From Vicugna vicugna (taxonomy: Eukaryota), in assembly GCA_013265495.1 (NCBI GenBank), contig MU058463.1, positions 2,937,523-3,001,522 on the forward strand: DNA of 64,000 nucleotides, read 5' to 3'. The position numbers were made by a program, and so were the translations under genes. Position 1 is the first letter of the stretch. Every line of letters begins with the position of its first letter. Positions 12,186 to 25,789 of this stretch are shown here, in pieces. The notes below the pieces were generated by a model. The model saw only the letters and a program-made list of their open reading frames with translations. It was not told the origin of the DNA and ran no database searches.

Positions 12186-15100
12186 GAAATGGGCAGTTTT
12201 TTTCTGATTATCATATTGAACACATGTGTAAATAATGCAGTTTCTTGCTCCTCTTTTGTATAATTCCATTTTACCCTGGTGATTTCGCATGCAGTGGACA
12301 AATGGCATCACTGACCTTTTCAGACTGAGGTTATTCTCATCTTTATATTTCACCTTAAAATTATATTGTGTCAATTAGAATTCAGCTCCACAAAACTCAT
12401 TATAGTTGAATTTTAAAGCAATTTAAAAGATGTCAATATTTTAAATATTGTGATTGTCTTTACGTAATTAGTGGAAATCACATTTGTGCACTTGCCTCGT
12501 ATCATTGCAATTGGCTAGGAACTGTTCTCCTGACCAAAACCCTGATCCCTTTGCCCAAACCCCCAGTGTACTCCATTATTTGTTCCATCATACACCGATC
12601 TTGTCTTAAAAAACTTGGTATTACATGATTGCCAGATATTAACTTGAGAATGTCTCTGCATGATTTATCCTTTCTTTCCCCTTTGTACAGTCACTGAATA
12701 TTGCAATGCAATGATTTCTGCAAGTGGGCCACTCAAAATTCAAATAAATCATTCCTTTATAAGATACAAAGTTTAATGCACCAGTTAGTAAGTTTTGCTT
12801 CTTGGTAGTGGAGCCCAGCAAATTTTACTTTCTGACACATTTTATAACCCTTCAGAGTAGGTACAGTAATTACAACTGACTCAACTTCCACACCCCATTG
12901 GTGCCAGGCTCTGCTCTGTCTCTCTCTGAGAATGCTTTTGATTGCAACTGAGTAATTTTTAGTGATTGATACTGTGATTTGATCAGTGTATCAAATGTTA
13001 CAGTGTTATTTTCTGGGACTCTGATGCCTTTTGGTTTCCTTTGCCCTAAACAAAGGGAAGGCTGCTAAAAGTGAGCAACATAAACATTTTATTTGATCAT
13101 ATCTACTTTTTAATATAAAATCCATCTTGCATTTTAAAACACCAAAGAAATTTTACTTGCAATGACTCTTAACTCTAGTTCCTCATCTGAGGAATGTCTC
13201 TCATGCTCCAAATTTTTCTTTGTCCAATCCTTTTCTCATTAAACAAACCCCCTAAAAGGAAAATGTACCAGTTCCAGGCCTGAACATTGTATTTCGTGAA
13301 TTGAAGCCAAGGTGACCAAATATTTTGTTAATCACAGTCCTTATTTTCTTCACATCTGGAACTGTTTGCCAAACAAAAGGAAGGCAAAAACTCCACACTT
13401 ATACACTTCTGCATTAAATGTCGAAACATTAAAAAATTAGATTAGGAAATAGATGAATATAATGACCTTACTCTCAATCATATGCTGCTAGGTAAGTGTT
13501 TGAGAAGGAAAAATTGCACTAATGAAGCTATTTGAAGGCTTTTGTGGACAACTGCTTCCTCTTTGAAGATTAAATGAATGATGTTGATGTGATTAATCTT
13601 AGTACAGGGAGTGATGCAGCAGCTAGAAAATACCTTGGTGATTTTCATAATTAAACTGAATCAACATTTCAAAGAAATGCCAGTGTTATCACTTGTATAT
13701 TAGAATTACATTCATTAGACAGAAGAAACAAATAATTTGAGCAAACAAGATTTTCCTTTTGGTGTACTGAGACTTCTGTCATGTCTCAGAGTATCTTACT
13801 ATAAATCATCATTACTGTTTAATTTTGTCCTTGCCTTTTTAGCTGTTTTTGTATCTCTGTGTGCATGTGTAGTGCTGTTAATGAGTCAAAGCATCTTGCT
13901 TCCCTTTTAGTTATTTTCCAACCTTTCAATTTTATTTTTTTCTTAACTCCACTTCCACGGTAGCTGTCTGCTGACTGTGAACTTAAATGGATAATATTTT
14001 AAAAATCCAATTTCTAATAAAACAAGATTTCTTGGAATTGTTTGGCACCCAGCAAAAAATTGAGAAAATCATGGCTCTGGTGTCTCCACATATCTTTGAT
14101 GTATTTAGAGCTCCCAGTGCAGTATTACCTTGATGCATTTATTAGTTGTTAAGGAATTTCTGGAAAAAAAAGTTTTTCTTTTTTTCATAGAAGGGTAATT
14201 CCAGCAGAGAATCACTTTTTTTTTTTTTTTTGGTGTTTTCTGGATAATTTACATGAGAGTTATCAGCACCATTCTCAATCCATTCAACTGTGGGAAATTG
14301 CCTTGGTAGATCAATGAGAAATAGTTCTACTGCCTCTTAGAGCAAGTCCAGGTTAGCTTCAGGGGTCAAGGATGACTGCATCAGTAGAGACACAGGCTGC
14401 CACTTGTTCTATCACCACTTTAAATTATTGGAAAGGGTCCCTGGTGACTCCTGGTAACCCTGATATTTGCAGTTTTCCCCCGGCTGTTGCACAGTCTTTC
14501 CTTTCCTGGATGTTTAATATAAATAAGAGATGCTTCCTTTGATGTCTTTTTCTTCAGGGACCCCAATTTGAGTTCAACCTACAATCTTAAGTAAAACGAG
14601 TTTGGTACCTGGTACTGACTCACCGCTGGTTGAAAATACCCAGCCCAAACTTTTTTGCCTCCTACTTTGTGATGCAGAAAATGCCAGAATAATCAGGTGC
14701 TCAGTAGCTCTGGAACAAAGCTTCTAAAATAAACAATGTGCCAAAATTGATCTAAGATGCAGTGCATGTCCCCTGCTAGAACTCCTCCACTAAATCATGA
14801 TGTGATGGTCTGGAGTCTGTTGGCAATCTTCACGTAATTGTCTGCATGAGTGTGCTTGAGATGCCTGACGGCCACCCAGGCCTGGAAGTTGCCAGCTAAC
14901 CATGATAGCAGATGAAAAATGAGACTGGCTTACCACATTTGGGACTGTAGGATGTTCCGTTGAAACAGACTCTCAGCACCCTCAGGCTACCCAAATCAAA
15001 TCGGGAGAATTACTGAACTAAAGCACACTTTTACCTTGGATCCTCCCTCCCATGCTTGTCACTGGTGACCACAGCAGTCACAAGAACGGGGGAAGGACAG

Positions 15101-16302
15101 AGAACTGGGGAAACTCAAGATGCTGGGATGTGAAGAGACCACCCAGAGGAGGGGAGCCAAGAAAACCTATCTTTTGCAGGCTATTTGCCACGAGGCAGAT
15201 GGGGAAACCAAGAGAGCCTGGCTGCAGGAGGAGGGAGGGATTCGATTTGCTTAGGGAGCAGACAGTCTAGGGTAAAACCAGCATAAAGGAATGATGGGGG
15301 AAGGAAAAAGGGAGTGAGGACTTCGAATAAACATGCAAAGGGTAAACGAAATGATTATAGTGGTGGGTGCAGCAAACAGTCCTCAACCAGTGAGGAACAA
15401 GCATGGTCTGAGAAAGGAATAGAGAAGAGAGAGTGAAAATTAAGGAAACTGCAGAAAGTAGAGCTGCCTCATGACTAACTGGAAAGTCCTGTATCCTTGA
15501 GAGGAAGCTTTTCCGGAGAACTCTGCAAATATAATTCACCCGACTTGTCTGCTGTCCAGTTTCAGAGAGCTGAGGGCGGAAGGAGATAATTGCTCAATAA
15601 ATCATTCTTAGCAGGCACACTTTCTCTTTTCTGGAACACTGTAAGAAGCTGGAGAGATTGAGAGGTTATGAAATTGCTCCCCATTCTCCATCCAATATTC
15701 TGGCATGTTCCTGAGCTCACCTACTCCCCCCTCTTTCTTAACTTTTCTGGTGACACACTTAGACACCCTGCCTTCTTTGACTTCACCCTTTCTCAGCCAG
15801 CTCATTTGTAATGTTGCCTTTTCCCTAGAGATGACTTAGATGGGTTCCCATTTCTCTCCCCTCACCTCCCTTTTTGCTTTCTGCAGGTAGGACACAATTA
15901 CTTTTTGCCTCTCAGCTGATTTTTCTTTAGGAATGATCTTCCAAAGAGAAGGTGCCATTGAGAAAATTTCCTTCGGTTTGCTTTTCCTCCAGGCCAGGTC
16001 TCAATGGTTCTAACCACATTTTAGCTTAAAAGCCAGTCTGTTATATCTCTAGGAGACAGAGATCACAAAGACAGAGTCTACATCAAAATGGACTGTCAGT
16101 TGGTACTGAAAACTCTGGCTCTTTGGATGCCATTTCCCCATCCACCTGAAAATCAACCTGCATTGATCTTTACCTTACAGTCAGTATTGTCCCCTGTTCA
16201 ACTTTGTCAACAGTGAATTGATCATTCAGAGATCTCTACACCTTGAGGGAAACTTTGTTTGTGTAGAGTGTAACAAAATACATTTTTGAGATACTGTCTT
16301 TT

Positions 16303-16688
16303 TTTTTTTGAAGTATAGTTGATTTACAATGTTGTGTTAGTCTCTGGTGTACAGCATAGTGATTCAGTTATACATACATATATATATATTCTTTTTCATG
16401 TTGCTCCTCATTATAGGTTATTACAAGTTATTGAATATACAGTAGGACCTTGTTGTTTATCTACTCTGTATATAGCAGTTTGTATCTGCTAATCCCAAAC
16501 TCCCAATCTATCCATCCCTCTTTCCCTTCGGTAACCTGAAGTTTGTTTTCTAAGTGTGAGAGTCTCTGTTTTGTAAATAAGTTTGTTTGTGTCATTTAAA
16601 AAAATTCCACATACAAGTGATGTCATATAATACTCGTTCTTCTCTGTCTGACTTACTTCACTCAGTATGATAAACTCCAGGTCCATCC
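16303..16688 (-). mobile_element. 5'-truncated L1 (cetartiodactyl-type 3' end) with TSD
   Basis: Poly-T then gaagtatagttgatttacaatgttgtgttag. ORF 16489-16686 MDLEFIILSEVSQTEKNEYYMTSLVCGI resembles the L1 ORF2 C-terminus. TSD tgagatactgtctttt (16287-16302) / tgagatgatgtctttt (16689-16704). Confidence 0.92.
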
Positions 16689-17004
16689 TGAGATGATGTC
16701 TTTTAACCCGATTGTAATCTCACCCTCTTAGGGGTTCGGTTTTCACTAGAAATATTCTGGATTTCTATACCCTTCCTCATCCTGAGTATCTCATCTAATT
16801 TTCCTTCATCCCCATCCACCCTGATCAGATTGACCTCTTTACTCCCCCACGGGCACTTCATGCTCATCATTTGTCTTATTGCCAGAATTCCTTGCTCCTG
16901 GGCTGGCTATGTTCCAAGTCCATCAACTTTCTCCACAAACCCCTCCAGCCCTCATTTATCTTCTCTTTCTGTAAATTCCTATGACTCTTAACTGTTTTGA
17001 GGGT

Positions 17005-17255
17005 CAGTAGAACAAGCTGGTTAAGAGCAAAGACTGGGGAATAAGAATGCATGAATCTGACTCCTGGACCTGCAATTTATTAGCTGTCTAACCTTGGGAA
17101 AATTATATAAATTCTCCGTGCTTCACTTTTTCCATCAGTAAAGTGAAGATAATAATACATTCTACCTCACTGGATGGTGGGAGAATTTAATGGAATAATA
17201 TAATCAAAACACTTAGTGTAGTGCATATTTAGAATGAGTCATGTGTTTGTAATAA
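17005..17255 (+). mobile_element. MIR SINE
   Basis: ggttaagagc...ttattagctgtctaaccttggga...ccatcagtaaagtgaagataataat MIR core. Confidence 0.75.
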
Positions 17256-20200
17256 TTTGTGTTTTGTCTTCTTGCAGAGGTATCTTTTATTCTCTTGATC
17301 CATCCACAATGGTGCCAGGAGAGAACTAGGAACAAAGAAGCATTTAACCACTTACTTATGGATTGATTGTGTCAATTAAATTAAAGTATCTTTTCTAATA
17401 TGTCAAGTGGCAAGAAAAATTTACCATGACTGTTAGTCCAAGAGTTAGTTAGACTAAGAAGAGTGTTACTGAATCTTACGAACATCCCTAAGCCCTAAAC
17501 AGAAGTCATCAGGAAAATGAGCACCTGTACCCCTCACTGTTTCAGACTTAGAACTTTGTCCCTGGCCTACACGGATGCCTCAGGATGGAAGTATTGATTT
17601 GGTTTTGGAGTTTCCTTCTTATTATTAAAGAAAAGAAAATAATTTGTAAACTAGGTCAACAGAATATGTAAACTAGGACCACAAAAGGGGATTGCATTAA
17701 AAGCAGGAAACAATTCAGCTCTGGTGTTTGATAGGAGTCATTTCTTTCTTTTTCTTTCATTTTCCCTTAAATGTTCAAGGATTTTGTGGTCCTTAGCTTT
17801 ATATCTGAATTACAAAATTCCATACTTTAAGCTACTTTGATATGATTTGATGTATTCTTGGTTACCACTCTTTCCCAACAATTTCCACTGAGAAATCAGT
17901 TGTTATCCCTGTTATAACAAAGAGGTGTCAGCAGCTCTTCTCGATGATTATTTTTGTCATCATTTTATACTTTAATCATATATTGAGTGATTTGTCATCT
18001 TCCTGAATTCTGTGGCTCCAAACACAGGAGAGGAAAGGTAGTGTACATGTGTGAACATATTTTTATGATTCTCACAGCAGGTCACTTTGACTGGTCACAT
18101 GCTGATATTCAGATGCTACTCTTTGCTGTGCTTCTCAGAAATAGGAAGAAATAATGTAGACTGAGAGCAGTACGTGGGTCCCCTTAGGTAGAAGGCCCAA
18201 CCTTGTGGAGTTAAGTTTCTAACCATCAGTGAATGATTCTTCATTGGAACCACCCAAACATGGAGGGGAGAATGAGGAAGGTATAAGTGGGTCATCCTCG
18301 CCTATTGCTGAGACGTCGCATAGATCTTCTGCCATGTGGGTACAACTGATGTGACTTTCTCAGTTTTTTCATGACAGGAATGGAGAGGATTGGGAGGTAG
18401 GGGTGATACAGATTCTAGAAATACAATAATCTTGTAGCCCTTGAAGGATTTCTAGAAGCCAAGCACCGTCTATGGAGTTAATCTGACCTGGAGTGAACAG
18501 TATGTGTATCTGAGGCAGGGGTTGTGAGGGCAGGTAGTGGAGAAGAGGGAGTGTTAAGCTGGGGTAAAGGAAAGAGATGGAAGTTCGGTAACATAGCTGC
18601 TGCTGCGAGCATAATTGCTCTGTTATATGAAGACTGCTATTATAACAGTTTCTTTTTTCTCTGTAGGAGTAGCAAGATTACATCTAGGCTATGTACATAG
18701 GATTCTACACCCATGTTTCTTAGTCTCACTGAAGAATCAAGCATAATTTTGATTTTACATGTATAGTGTCAAATGGAAAACTATTAAATATACAGTGGGT
18801 GTAAACGTAAATAAATACGAATATATATAAATAAAATCATATATACATAATGGGAAAAAGAAATCCTAGTCTCTCCAATGTGACTCATGCTTTTACTGAA
18901 TGCATCAATTTCTATATCTGTATATGGATATTAGAAAGAGGAGGGCTATGTAAAATTAAAATATTTTTTCTAAGAAAGTTTAATTTAACTGAACAACTGA
19001 TAGAAAACAAGCTTCATCTGAAAATTGCACTGCTTTTTGGTGCACTGAATTCTGTTTTTAAAACAGTTTATTTTTTATGGACCGTGTCATTGAATTTTCA
19101 GATACTTCAACATTTTCAATGTAATTCCATTTAAATCTAGATTTTTGATGCTAGTTTAACTGTAGTTCAGAACTAATCTCATTTCCCTTTTAGGAAGCAC
19201 ATATCAAGACAATTTTCTCTTGAAACTGCTTCTAGAGGTCACACCACAAATTCTGTTTCTGCTCTTCCTCTACTTGTGCAACTTTATTCCTTGACCTAAA
19301 TACACTCCTGTTGGACTCTAAGATTCAGAACATCTGTCTACACCTTTTGCGGATTCCCTCTGGAGGCCCAGTTTTGCTCTTTACTGTATATTGCTAACCA
19401 CCGTAGAATCCGTGAACACGTCTAGTTTCCCTACAGGTTCCAGATTGCCTGATTGTCAGTGACAGCAATTTATGCTCTTATGACCACTCACTGCTGTAAC
19501 GCATTGATGTTTATGAAATTCAGTGGGGTGAGCAACTATCTTTGTTTCATAATCCTATCTTCAGAAATGTTTTCCTCTATAAGTGTTTCAGAATTCCAGA
19601 TCCCTGAAAAGTCATAATGCTTGTTATAGCTGCTTATTCATATGAATTAGGCCAGCAATGGCCCAAGCTTAGGCAGATATGATGTCAAACAGCAGAAATG
19701 CATCTTGTGTGGCACTTTATATCGCCATGAAAAAGCTGAATAAAAAACAATACTCTTTAACTATTTGCTCTGTAACCTTCATCTAATCAGACTCAAATGG
19801 GATAGAAACATACCTGAACTTACTTTTGTGTCGGTGGACTCTCAGCACACTATGATATAATACTTCTCCTTGAATTAAAGAGTCAACTCTCATTTAGGAC
19901 TCAGATATCTTGGCTCACTGACTGTTATTTTGTCTGCAGATTCCCCCATTGTCTAATTTCAGACAGGGAAACAAACTCTGGAGACCGTGGAAATTCTAAC
20001 GTGAACTACTGGAATAGGCATGAGGCGGTTTGCTGCATGCAGACAAAGCTCATAGTCCCTTAGCACGGAAAGGCGCCGTTGTCAACTAAGAGAGAATTAA
20101 TCAAAGCCAAGCTGGTTACAAGCCCACCAAAGAACAAGAATTCCAAACAGCAAAAGCACATCTGATGTGGATTTTTTAAGGTGGTCTCCAAGACGTAGGG

Positions 20201-21079
20201 GAAGCACAGCGTGTTAGGAACGGAGGAGTTATGGAGCCACAGTGTGATGAGATGGTTCCGTGCTTTGAGGCAAGGGCAAGGGCAGGGGAAGCTGGAGGGG
20301 TAAATGCTGGCAGAGGTGCAGAGTGCAAGGGCTTTTGAGATGACAGTAAAGCAAGGGATAAAGAGGTTAAAGGGAAAGAATGAATTACATAAGTAGGTTG
20401 GTGAAATTTATGACAGTTCTAAACTGGCTTGTTGAACTCACAGAAAGGCGGTAATCCCTAATGAGAAGGAAAATAGATAAACATTCAGGTTGGACAGATT
20501 CTTTTATCCCATCATCTGTTCTTCCCTTTGTGACATGGGACAGGCAACCTAATTCTTTCATATGCTAATCTGTATAATGGTAAACTGAGTCTCCACCTGT
20601 TTATTTAGGGAGTCTAAAGTCCAGGGAGATATTAACTGCTCAGTACTTTGGTGTTCTTTGGAAGGCGCATTTAAGTGCATCTTCATTTACAGCAATTACT
20701 CCTCGTTTTAACAAAACCAAACCAAACCCAAATAACTAAAAAACTGAAAAAAATGTTCAGAGATATGGAATTAAACAACCAAGTTCAAAACTAAAAGCCT
20801 CTTGAAGGCAGAAGTTATCTCGCTCAATGTGCCATCAGCACCAAGTCCAGTGCTTGGCGCATCTTATGCACTGCCCTGTTTAGGGGTTTGGTGAGAAACG
20901 AGTCTGAAAATGGCTAAATTAGTTTTTTTGGGGAAAAACTGGATTCATCCAGGGCGTTTTGTGAGTGGAGTTAGTCATGCTGAACGTGTCCATTTTGTTT
21001 CATTTCAACAGAGATAAACTCATTTGTCATTGTTTGCATTTTCTAGAGTGATCTAAGTCTGATGTGCAATGTTGTTTGA

Positions 21080-21568
21080 GCCTTTTGAGTGCAGGCTGGA
21101 CCTACCAACTTGCTTCTAGTGAATAGAATGTAGCAAGAGTGTTGGTATGGCATTTCTGAGGTTAGGTTATAAAAGGACCATGACCTTCTCTGTGGTGCTC
21201 TCCTGTGCCCTCTCTAGAGTCACTTACCATAGGGGAAGGATGCTGCCATGATGCCAGCCACCCAGTGGACATACCCATGTGGCAAGACTAAGAGCTGTGA
21301 CCCCTAGCCCAACAGCATGTGAGGATCTTGAGCCTGGCTGCAACAGTGCCAGGGAGCTTGAAAGAGAAGCATCTAGCTCTAGTTGGGGCTTGGGTTGACC
21401 ATAGTGACCCCAGCTGACGATTTGGTTGCAACCTCATGAGAGACCTTGAGTCTGAGCTGAGCCCTACCTAGACACCTACCCTGCAGAAACTATGAAATAC
21501 TAAATGTTTATGTTAAGAAGTTAAGTTTTGGAGTGATTTTTTTTATGCAGTAGTAGATAATGAATACA
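21080..21568 (+). mobile_element. MLT1-family (ERVL-MaLR) solo LTR, old subfamily
   Basis: aatagaatgtagcaag...ttctgaggttaggttataaaagg...; ends cagaaactatgaaatac...tatgcagtagtagataatgaataca. Confidence 0.8.
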
Positions 21569-22669
21569 CTGTTAAATAAAAAGAATAAAATGCTTGGGCA
21601 AAATATTTGAAAACATAGTTGTTTTTTCCTAGTAGTTTTTATTGTCGTACTTGCTGAGGGCCAGAGAGAGCAAGAGAGGGAGACAGAGAAGGGAGTGGGG
21701 TGGGGGAAAGGGAGGCAGATAAAGAGGGAGATTGATTCTGTCTTTCCTTTTACTCTGTCAAGGACTCTAACCTTTATCTTCCCTGTCTCCTCGGATAGCA
21801 GTCTTGGGGAGCTGAATTGAGTGCATGTTGGCTTCCAAACATGCTTCAAATATATGAAGGCTAGTTATAGAAAATAATGTAAAAATTATAAATACTGTAG
21901 GATTCTCAATCAATAATAGATGGCACATGAATATTTTCAAAAGTAGTTAGGAAAATGTAAATAAATTTTTAAGAAGAAAGTGAAACAAAGACTAAATGTG
22001 CATTGTTATAAAATTTATTGTGTATCATTTCATTTTGTTATTTAGTATTTTTATATTAATTTGTTTATACTAATAATTGCAAATGTTTGCTAATATATGT
22101 AAACTTGCTTCATGGCTCTATTTGGGAAATCCACATTGCATTTCACCTGCCTGTCCACCTGTTTTTTATATTTTATATCTCATTACAGATAGTGGCAGAA
22201 TTCAGCAGGCTTTGGTATACCATGGCATTAAATTATCTTTAAAGTGATATTCTATTCATGAGTATATACCATCTGGGAGCATACTGAATTTCATTCACTA
22301 TGCCTCTGAAACTTCTTGGGACAGAGAGAAATGTTCTGGTTTTTTCCTTTATTCTTTCCACATATGGTAACTTTCTGAATCTATTTTTATAGTGTGCCAT
22401 TTAAATATGAGTATTTTAGAAGTTAATTGCAAAGACCGTAAATGTGACAGCTGTGAAAAGTACCGAAGCCAGTTTTATCTTTTTAACCAAAGACAGAATC
22501 TAAGGAAAATTCTTTTTTCCTGTTCTCCTCCTCATGATAAGCAATGCATATTTGTAATTACCTATAGGTATTGTACTAATATCTGAGGACCTTTTTTATT
22601 CATTCAGTGATGGGTTGCCAAATTCACCTATTCCATTATGATTTTATAGAAGTAATCATTATCATCATC

Positions 22670-22885
22670 CCTTGAACTTGCAGAGTGCTTTCTAGTTTAC
22701 AAAGTGTTTCCACATGCATCATCCCGTAAATGCCTCACAATGGCCCTGGCATTAGGAGGGATGTTTTATTCTTATTCTCATTTTATAGAGGACATTCAAG
22801 CTAAGAGAATTTAAGTGACTCTCCCAATTAGCAGGTTAGGAAGTTGTATCCTTGGGTCCCCAGTTTTTCTGCTAACTCCTGGTCC
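22670..22885 (-). mobile_element. MIR SINE
   Basis: cctcacaatggccctg...ctcattttatagagg...agagaatttaagtgact. Confidence 0.65.
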
Positions 22886-24009
22886 AGTACACATTCCACA
22901 GGTTGTTTTTAGTTTATAAATTCCTGGCAGGTGCAATCACATCAAATTTATGATTAGTAATAGTTGTCGAATGACTCCATCAACTGCATTAACTCTCCAA
23001 TGGCTCAGATTAAGTGTGAAAGAAGATACAACTATTTAAACTAACAGTCCATGTTTTACTCTAGCTGCAACTATTAATTACGCTTACTAAAAATACGCAA
23101 GTCCTACTTATGGGGTATATTCCTGGCACTTATTCCCACTTGGATTTATGGCCCAACTCGCTTAACAAGTGATAAGGGAAACACCTCTGGTTTCAGCTTT
23201 AAAGTGTATTTGCGATTAGAGGAATTGACACACTTATTATCTATACTGGAGAGTGTCTCGTTAAAATCCAATCAAGGGCTTGATGCTTGCTTTCTCTGTC
23301 ATAAGGAGTCATTTGTACAAGCATGTGCTTGACACTAACTGCTCTGAGATCGGAGTGCCAGGCAAAGTCAGGCACCTAGAGAGACTTGGGTGTTGCCTCT
23401 GCCCCACCCCTGCCACCCCTTTGTTAGGAGGTGGATGTGTCTGTCACATGGCTGCCTGGGTTTGAGCTGGTGGTTTAATCCTCTAACAAGGATCACTGGC
23501 TCACAGAACATGGACCTGATTGCTCCAAGATTCCTACTGGCTGAGCTGTAAAGGATTTCTTTCTAATGTGCACATTTTAGGCGTTCAGCAAATATTTGTT
23601 CAAAATAAATGAATAAATGCATACTTTCATAATTGAAAACTTTCAAAACCCAGAGGAAATGTGATTCACACATTCCCTGGGGTTTGGGCCTGTTATTTTT
23701 TTCATCAGAATTTCCTTGAAGTTGAAGTGTTTGTTAAGTACAAGCCTGAATACCTTCACGTTCGGGGTCCCTGTGTCCTGATCCATGGTGGAAAGCAGCT
23801 GTGGTGTAGTCACAGGGGCACGAAAAGGCCCCCGGTGGGTCTCTAGGGGAGCCCTGATTGGTGCATGGGGGTGGAGGTGCATTCTAGGTTCAGAAGCGCT
23901 GGGTCAGCCAATAGTTTTGATCTGTTACCCAGGAGGGAATGATTGAGTGGGAAGCGCCAAGGTTAATTTGTTGATTAAAATTATAATTCAGTATTTACAT
24001 TTGCAAAGT

Positions 24010-24190
24010 ACTTTAGGATTGCTAATGAGTTGTTCTTCAAAGTGGGCCTGGGAGGAAGGTTGGCAGGAAGTGTCCACACTGTACAAAAGAGGAAACTGAG
24101 ACACTGGATGTTAAGTGGCTCACTCAGAGTTGCCCAGCAAGTTCAAGGTGGAGGAGGCTTGGTTGAACTTTAGGATCTGACTGTCTACAC
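24010..24190 (-). mobile_element. MIR SINE
   Basis: tacaaaagaggaaactgagacactggatgttaagtggctcactcagagttgcccagc. Confidence 0.65.
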
Positions 24191-25599
24191 TGAGCTTTGG
24201 GTCTCCTCAGGGAAGTTCACTCATCTTGGGGCTCTGTTGTTTAAAATTGGGTTGATGTGGGTCTAAGAGCTTCTAATGGAATAAGCTCAACCACCCTCAC
24301 TCCTGAACGATGTCAAGTAAACGTGGCTGGAAGAGTAATTGTGGGAGTGCACTACTTTGACCTGTCCTGGGCTGTGATTGTGCAAAGTCTGCCTCACGGA
24401 GATTATTTCAGGGTTCCAGGGTCTTTGCTTTCACTTTCCAACAAATCTCCCAGGAAACCTTTTCATAAAAGTCTTCTCTTTGAGATGAGCTCATGTTCAT
24501 ATTAGTCCCCCTTTTCAATTTCCATTTAATTAAAAGAGAATACCATAAACTTTTTTTCTCTTGTTATAAGGAAATGAAGCAACTGTTCATCCCTAATCAG
24601 TGCTTATGGGAGATGTAGACCTTCAAATCTCTTTGAGTCATGTTGCTGAGAATGTTTCTTCCTCTGAGCTCCCTAAGCCACTGCACAGGCCTTAACTTTT
24701 GCATTTACAACATTATAATTGTTGCTTTCTCTGGCATTTTCTAGGAAATTTTTCACTACTTTGTCTCTCTAAGATCTTGCACCGTATGTTTCTAATCATA
24801 AGCACTTAATGTTAAATGCTTGTTAATAGAAGAATAAATGTGGGTCACTTTTTTTTCTTACAAGTGGCTATAAATGTTTTGCTTCTTTTCGGGAAGGAGT
24901 AATAGACTCAGAGTGAGAAAGAGGAAAACAGAAGAAAGGTAAAAGTGGAGTTGGAGTACCGAGGCGTGGTGCCAGCCTGCGGTGTGACTGTCATGTGGAC
25001 TGTCATACACAGTGTCACGTGCTCTCATTAAAATCTCTATTTTGTAGATGAAGAAAGGAGAAGAGGCAGAGAAAAGGAGGGGAAGGAAATAGGTAGCTGG
25101 AAACTGTACTCAGGTGCAAATATGTCCAACATTTGTAGTGCTGATTACAATAAAACAAAATTAGCTTCATGTTGAAAAAAGTCATATTTCCCACAGCCAA
25201 ACCCTGAGAAGGCTGATGCCAATAAGGGCATTATCTGGAAATTGTATGAGTGCTGGTTTCAGGGAGTTGGTCTAAATACTGGATGAGCGAATATTCCATC
25301 GCCCTCCTCCCAAGGGCTTCCCAGCTTGTTCATTGTGGATTTTAGTTCTGGGAGGGCGGGGTGAGGAATGTCACCCCAGTTCCTGGCCAGCACATCACCG
25401 GTTTTCTATTTTCTGTTTATAATAGCCCAAATGCTCCGGCTTACACTGGGAGCATCTAGGTGTCTATTCTTGGAGTTTTCTAAGGGGAGGCTTCGTCACA
25501 GTTCCACAGCAGACTACTTCAGGAGAAGAAACTTTGATAGCTGAGGGACTGCGTGGATGCCTCACATTAACTGAGGCTGTGTGTCATGAGGTAACTGTG

Positions 25600-25780
25600 A
25601 TGTACTGGCCACTGTCCAGGAGTATGAGTCGGAGATCTGAGCACCACGTCTGTATCTGCCACTTACTAGCTATGCCGAGCAGGTTACTGGACTTTTTGTG
25701 CTTCCGTTTCTTCACTGTTTTGTAAATAGGTGTGTTATTATTTATGCTAGAGACGCTATGAAGACTAAAAATAATCATTG
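25600..25780 (+). mobile_element. MIR SINE
   Basis: tctgccacttactagctatg...gcaggttact...tgtgcttccgtttcttc...tgtaaaatagg-like core. Confidence 0.65.
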
Positions 25781-25789
25781 AATTAGGGA

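Noticed and set aside
13489..13497. Consensus donor TAG|GTAAGT, and minus-strand donors near 856 and 4331
   Set aside because: Isolated donors with no convincing paired acceptor; expected by chance at this frequency.
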